DNA of 64,000 nucleotides from Spirulina sp. (GTDB lineage Bacteria; Cyanobacteriota; Cyanobacteriia; Phormidesmidales; Phormidesmidaceae): NCBI GenBank assembly GCA_044070495.1, contig JBIPSI010000009.1, positions 32,001 to 96,000 of the forward strand, read 5' to 3'. Shown piece by piece: positions 59,646 to 64,000 of this stretch (position 1 is its first letter; each line of letters starts with the position of its first letter). The notes under the pieces were generated by a model. It saw only the letters and a program-made list of their open reading frames with translations, ran no database searches and was not told where the DNA came from. The position numbers and the translations under genes were made by a program.

Positions 59646-60956
59646 CTAAAACTGCTGGGCTAGCAGGGCATCCATTAAACGGTGGGCCAGCAGCAGTTTG
59701 GGGGAGGGGGGAAACACCTCTTTTTCGCCATCGGCTTGGATCAGGACGGCCTGGTTGGTGTCACTGCCAAAGCCACTGCCGGGGATATCCACCGGATTCG
59801 CCACGATGGCATCCAATCCCTTGCGCTGGAGTTTCTCCCAGGCCGGGGGCACAATGTCTCCGGTTTGGGCGGCAAAGCCAATCAGGCGCTGGCGGGGCTG
59901 GCGGCGGCGGTTGAGATCGGCCACAATGTCGGGCACCGGGGCCAGGGGCAAGGCTTTGGGCAGATTAGCCTTAGCCAGCTTGGTGGGCGATTGGGTGGCG
60001 GGTTTGACATCGGCCACGGCGGCGGCCATCAAAATCCAGTCGGCCTGGGGTAGGTAGGTGACCATAGCTCGGTGCATGGCGGCAGCGGTAATCACCGAAA
60101 CCGTGCGGATGCCCCCCAATCGCGCCTGGAGATCGCCTTCCATAGGGCCGTGGACGAGGGTGACGTTGGCCCCTCGATGTTTGGCCGCTAGGGCCAGGGC
60201 CACCCCCATTTTGCCGCTGGCAGGGTTACCAATGAAGCGCACCGGATCCAAAAATTCGCGGGTGCTGCCCGTGCTAATCAACAGATTTTTACCCGCCAAA
60301 TCCCGCTGCCCCTGGGTGTGCATCAGGGATTCAATGTGGGCTAGGATGTCCTCCGGTTCGGCCATGCGCCCTGCCCCGATGCGGTCACAGGCCAAAATTC
60401 CGCTGCTTGGCCCCACGGCATGGAAACGCGGGTCTTGGCGCACGATTTGCCAGTTGCGCTGCACCGCTCGTTGCTGCCACATATCGGTATTCATGGCGGG
60501 GGCCAACAGCACCGGACAGGTGGAGGCCAGCACGGTATTCGTCAGCAAATTATCCGCCAAGCCGTGGGCCAGTTTACCGAGGGTATTGGCACTGAGGGGC
60601 GCAATCACCAGTAGATCCGCCCATTCCCCCAGTTCAATGTGCAAAGGACGACCTTGGGTGCGCGACCAAAAATCGGCATCGGTATAGGCGGGGTGGCGGC
60701 TGAGTGCCGAAACGGTGAGGGCGGGAATAAACGCCTGCCCCTGGTCGGTCAGCATCACCCGCACATCCACCCCGGCCTTGGCCAGTTCAGAAATGACCGA
60801 GCAGACCTTGTAAGCAGCAATGCCCCCGGTGATGCCGATCAACACCCGTGGGCCAGTGGGATCTAGATCGGCGTCTAGATCCGCCCCTGGCTGGGGTTGT
60901 CCTACGGGCACGAGGGGTTTGGCGTTCGATGGATCTGGGACGAGGGCAAGGCTCAC
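59646..60956 (-). CDS. coaBC: Bifunctional CoaBC
   Basis: TGGIAAYK, APAMN, LACD..G.GRM, DPVRFI.N.ASGKMG, AAVAD, GFAA motifs. Confidence 0.96.
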   Translation of the reverse strand: MSLALVPDPSNAKPLVPVGQPQPGADLDADLDPTGPRVLIGITGGIAAYKVCSVISELAKAGVDVRVMLTDQGQAFIPALTVSALSRHPAYTDADFWSRTQGRPLHIELGEWADLLVIAPLSANTLGKLAHGLADNLLTNTVLASTCPVLLAPAMNTDMWQQRAVQRNWQIVRQDPRFHAVGPSSGILACDRIGAGRMAEPEDILAHIESLMHTQGQRDLAGKNLLISTGSTREFLDPVRFIGNPASGKMGVALALAAKHRGANVTLVHGPMEGDLQARLGGIRTVSVITAAAMHRAMVTYLPQADWILMAAAVADVKPATQSPTKLAKANLPKALPLAPVPDIVADLNRRRQPRQRLIGFAAQTGDIVPPAWEKLQRKGLDAIVANPVDIPGSGFGSDTNQAVLIQADGEKEVFPPSPKLLLAHRLMDALLAQQF

Positions 60957-61165
60957 GATTCGTCGTAGGGCTCAAGATCGAGGAGGTAGACGTAGGATTC
61001 TACCAATTCTGGCCGCTGAAAGGCGAGGGCACGCAGCAAATGCCAGTCTTGCAGCCCCTCAAAGGCATTATCGTAGGCATCGGCTTCAAGGCGACGGGCC
61101 AATTCTTCCACGGTGTCCGGCGTCATTTCTGAGACCGATTCCTGCGAAACATGAACGCTCAGCAT
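60953..61165 (-). CDS. DUF2555 family protein
   Basis: V..LA.RLE.D.Y..AF.GL.DWHLLRALAFQRPELV..Y.YLLD.E motif; adjacent to coaBC. Confidence 0.85.
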   Translation of the reverse strand: MLSVHVSQESVSEMTPDTVEELARRLEADAYDNAFEGLQDWHLLRALAFQRPELVESYVYLLDLEPYDES

Positions 61166-61256
61166 GATCAGTTTCCCCCATAGCGACTGCAACACCGCCC
61201 GACTTGGATGAATTCTCCTGGTCGCAACGGTACCGCTCACTCCTTTATCCTAAAGG

Positions 61257-61940
61257 TTAAGGTTCGGTATTCCCTGCAACCTGCCGCAAATCTTCGCAAA
61301 AGGCAGTGATAGCACTGATCACCGAGGGCAAAATTTCATGACCCATAGCCACGGCTTGGAAAGCTACGGGTTGCCCCTGCTGCTCTAGGGCGTCTTTGGC
61401 CTCCTGGGCATTTTCGATGGGAACTACGGGATCGAAGGTGCCGTGTACCATCATCACCGGGCGCGGCGTTACAGGGGAATGAAGCCTGCCGTGACAGTAA
61501 CCGCTGAGGATAATCTGCCCCGCCAAGGGCAACTGGCCACCCATATCAATGGTCATGGCTCCCCCCTGGGAAAACCCCGCCAAAATGGTGCGTTCTAGGG
61601 GAATTTGGCTGGTATCGGCTAAGTTCAACAGCCAATCCTTCAACATCTGCCGACTGGTTTGCAGATCGGCCTGCTGTTCAAAATCGTGGGGTTGGCGAAA
61701 ATCGTACCCCCAAGGGAAGCCGTACCACATGCGGCCCCCCGGCACCTGGGGATGGGGGTGGGGCGCATCGGGGAAGGTCATGGCAAAGTGGGGCAGCTTG
61801 AGATAAGGAGCCAAGCCCGCCAAATCCGCCGCATTGGCCCCCCAGCCGTGTAGCGCCACTAAATGCCAACTTGCCGCGCCCGCCGCCGCTGGGTAGGTGA
61901 GGGTATCAAGACTCAAGACGACCTCCAAGGGCGAAAACAT
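61257..61940 (-). CDS. Alpha/beta hydrolase (phospholipase/carboxylesterase)
   Basis: LHGWG, GFSQGG, HG..D.VV, MGHEI motifs. Confidence 0.92.
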   Translation of the reverse strand: MFSPLEVVLSLDTLTYPAAAGAASWHLVALHGWGANAADLAGLAPYLKLPHFAMTFPDAPHPHPQVPGGRMWYGFPWGYDFRQPHDFEQQADLQTSRQMLKDWLLNLADTSQIPLERTILAGFSQGGAMTIDMGGQLPLAGQIILSGYCHGRLHSPVTPRPVMMVHGTFDPVVPIENAQEAKDALEQQGQPVAFQAVAMGHEILPSVISAITAFCEDLRQVAGNTEP

Positions 61941-62063
61941 CCCTATATCCCAAAACCATACCGCAGAATCCCAGGTCAGGCATCAGCGGTTGCCATCGCC
62001 ACAAAAAACGGGCACGGGGTTTCCCCCCTGCCCAACTCTAGGTATGAAAGAGCGGATCTAAAA

Positions 62064-62753
62064 CTAGGCGTTTTCCTCCACAGCCTCCTCAGACTTCTTG
62101 CGCCGCAGGGCCACCACACCCATGCCGATCAGGCCGGGTAGCAGAGCTGGAGTGGGAACAACCTCAAAAGAATGGTTGTCACTTTCAAAGGCCCGTGAAG
62201 TAGAAGCCAGGACGACTTGGTCGAAAACGCCGCCCCCAGAGAAGCGTACATACTGGGTTGACGCCGCTCCGGCCCCACCAAAAGCGAAGTTACTTAGTCC
62301 CAACTCGTTGACAACCTGCGTTCCGGTAAAGGTCTCAAGCAAGCTTCCGCCATTGAAGAATGAAATTGAATTGTAGGTATCAATTGAACCCCACTGCAAA
62401 CCAAAGGCAGTCAGCTTCTTAGAAAAGGAAATCGTTGTTGACCCACTATTTGCTGCCGTTCCAACCGTAAGATACTGACTGGTGTTATCAAAAGGAGCAA
62501 GATACTGCCCACCGACAGAACCCTGAACGACTTGCCCATTGCTAACAGGGTCAGCAGAATAGGTGGCGATGCCACTGGTGTAGGTACTATTGAGTGGGCC
62601 AAGAGTCGCGTCCTCAAAGTCAATGACATTGCTGAACTCAGAACCTGTTGTAATATTAAAGGCTTGGGCGGGTTGAGAAAGGGCTACAACCGTTCCGGCA
62701 ATTACGGTTAAAGCCAGGGAGGCTGTAACTTTACTTGGCAAATTAGTCATCAT
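62064..62753 (-). CDS. PEP-CTERM-type (PTPA-CTERM) exosortase-target surface protein
   Basis: Signal peptide (AQA), WGSIDTYN core, C-terminal VPTPALLPGLIGMGVVALRRKK. Confidence 0.88.
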   Translation of the reverse strand: MMTNLPSKVTASLALTVIAGTVVALSQPAQAFNITTGSEFSNVIDFEDATLGPLNSTYTSGIATYSADPVSNGQVVQGSVGGQYLAPFDNTSQYLTVGTAANSGSTTISFSKKLTAFGLQWGSIDTYNSISFFNGGSLLETFTGTQVVNELGLSNFAFGGAGAASTQYVRFSGGGVFDQVVLASTSRAFESDNHSFEVVPTPALLPGLIGMGVVALRRKKSEEAVEENA

Positions 62754-63451
62754 TTAAACCTCAAAGTGCGAAATCGAAAAAAAGATCATGGATTTTTTCG
62801 AGACTTGTCAGGTCAAGAACCTGAAATCGAACCGTTAAGATGCACGTTTGGGGTAGATGCCACATACACACCCATAGAAAAGACTTGTGCAGGACACAGG
62901 TCATAACCTACCCTTGGTAGTTTCATTACCGAGACGGCTTTCTATGGTCATCCTGATAGGTCAATAATTACGTGAGTTTACCGAGGACACAGCACCTTAG
63001 CGGGCAAGTTCATCAAAGCTTCAAAAGCCTTTTTCTGTAATCGGCAAGCAGGAGATCCTTTGCTCTATCAGACCTCTCCATGCCTTAGAACCTCCGCTGG
63101 GAAAGCGTTTCAGTAATCTGTACTTACAGCCTATAGATGAGTGGTTCCTCAACGAAGCGATGAACGAACACTTAGATGAACGCTTAGATCACGGTGGTTG
63201 ATTGGTAGTGCAACCCCAAAATTCAGTAGATTTCCCTGGTTCTTAGCGGAGGGAGTGATGGACAAAGATGCTAGAACGCTCCTCACACAATGTAAGCCAT
63301 CATTTCCTTGAAATCTACTGAGCTAGTAAATACACTGAGTTTTCTTTAAAGATGAGGCGGAAACTATGAGGTTTAGATAAGGCGAGGGTAATTTCCCGGA
63401 TCAAGCCCGTGCCCGTACCCATGACTTATCCCCCCATCTATCCCTTCATCC

Positions 63452-64000
63452 CTAAAGGGTCAGCAGGGCCATTTTGGGGGCGGCTTCCTTGGCGATGATG
63501 CCCAGCAGTGGAATCTTGGAGACCCAGAGTCGTTCCAGGATGTGCTCTAGCTGGGCAGATTTGACGGTGCCGAGGGAAGACACCAGGGTGAGGCCGCTGG
63601 CGTCGGCGGCAATTAGGGCGGCGTCGGCGTAGTCGGCGAAGGGGGGGGCGTCGTAGATAATCAGGTCAAAGTAGGCTTCGGTTTTGGTGATGAATTGGCG
63701 CAGGCGGTGGGCCGAGAGCAGCCGAACGGGGTCGTGGGTGCTGCTGCCTGCCGTGAGCACAAACAGGTTGGGTTCTAGGGGCGACCGTTTGATGGCGTGT
63801 TTGAGGTCGAGTTCTCCGGCCAGAATGTTGCTGAGGCCGTGTTGGTTGGGCAGTTCTAGGAAGGTGTGCAGGTGGGGAAAGCGGAAGTCGGCATCGATCA
63901 GCAGGACACGCTTGCCCATTTCGGCGGTGGCCCAAGCCAGGTAGGCGGCGGTGGTGGAGTCGGTGACGTCGGCTTCGACGGAACTCATCACCACGGATCG
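63452..64000 (-). CDS. Wzc/CpsD-like polysaccharide co-polymerase, C-terminal BY-kinase-like domain (partial)
   Basis: RVLLIDAD.R.P, GLSNIL, LFVL.AG, FDLII.D.PP motifs; gene continues beyond the window end. Confidence 0.85.
   Translation of the reverse strand, partial: RSVVMSSVEADVTDSTTAAYLAWATAEMGKRVLLIDADFRFPHLHTFLELPNQHGLSNILAGELDLKHAIKRSPLEPNLFVLTAGSSTHDPVRLLSAHRLRQFITKTEAYFDLIIYDAPPFADYADAALIAADASGLTLVSSLGTVKSAQLEHILERLWVSKIPLLGIIAKEAAPKMALLTL

Noticed and set aside
62754..63451. c-di-GMP riboswitch in the long intergenic region
   Set aside because: GEMM consensus elements were not found by eye.

Overview
This is a GC-rich chromosomal window from a cyanobacterium. It is probably filamentous and Leptolyngbya/Nodosilinea-like, inferred from hetR- and tftA-like genes, cyanobacteria-specific families (CRR6, Ycf51, PucC-type transporter, NrrA) and cyanobacterial repeats. 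It is mostly core genes: a partial gyrA-type subunit, serA, prmA, hemW, nrrA, hemB, surE, nth, rseP, wecB, a DapL-like aminotransferase, coaBC and tRNA-Lys. I saw no CRISPR array, prophage, integrase or transposase. The items most worth follow-up are: (1) a divergent HetR homolog that keeps the DNA-binding residues but has lost C48, S130, S152 and the PatS-contact E254; (2) a solitary AT-rich 653-aa orphan gene, a possible acquired defence or membrane-active effector; (3) nested palindromic mini-elements; (4) near absence of HIP1 together with frequent CCTAGG and a majority of TAG stops; (5) a DUF39 protein with Glu at the persulfide-Cys position; (6) a CopM-like pseudogene; (7) two NtcA boxes, one with activator and one with repressor geometry. 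Family assignments come from recognising motifs by eye. No database searches were run, and GC contrasts are visual estimates.
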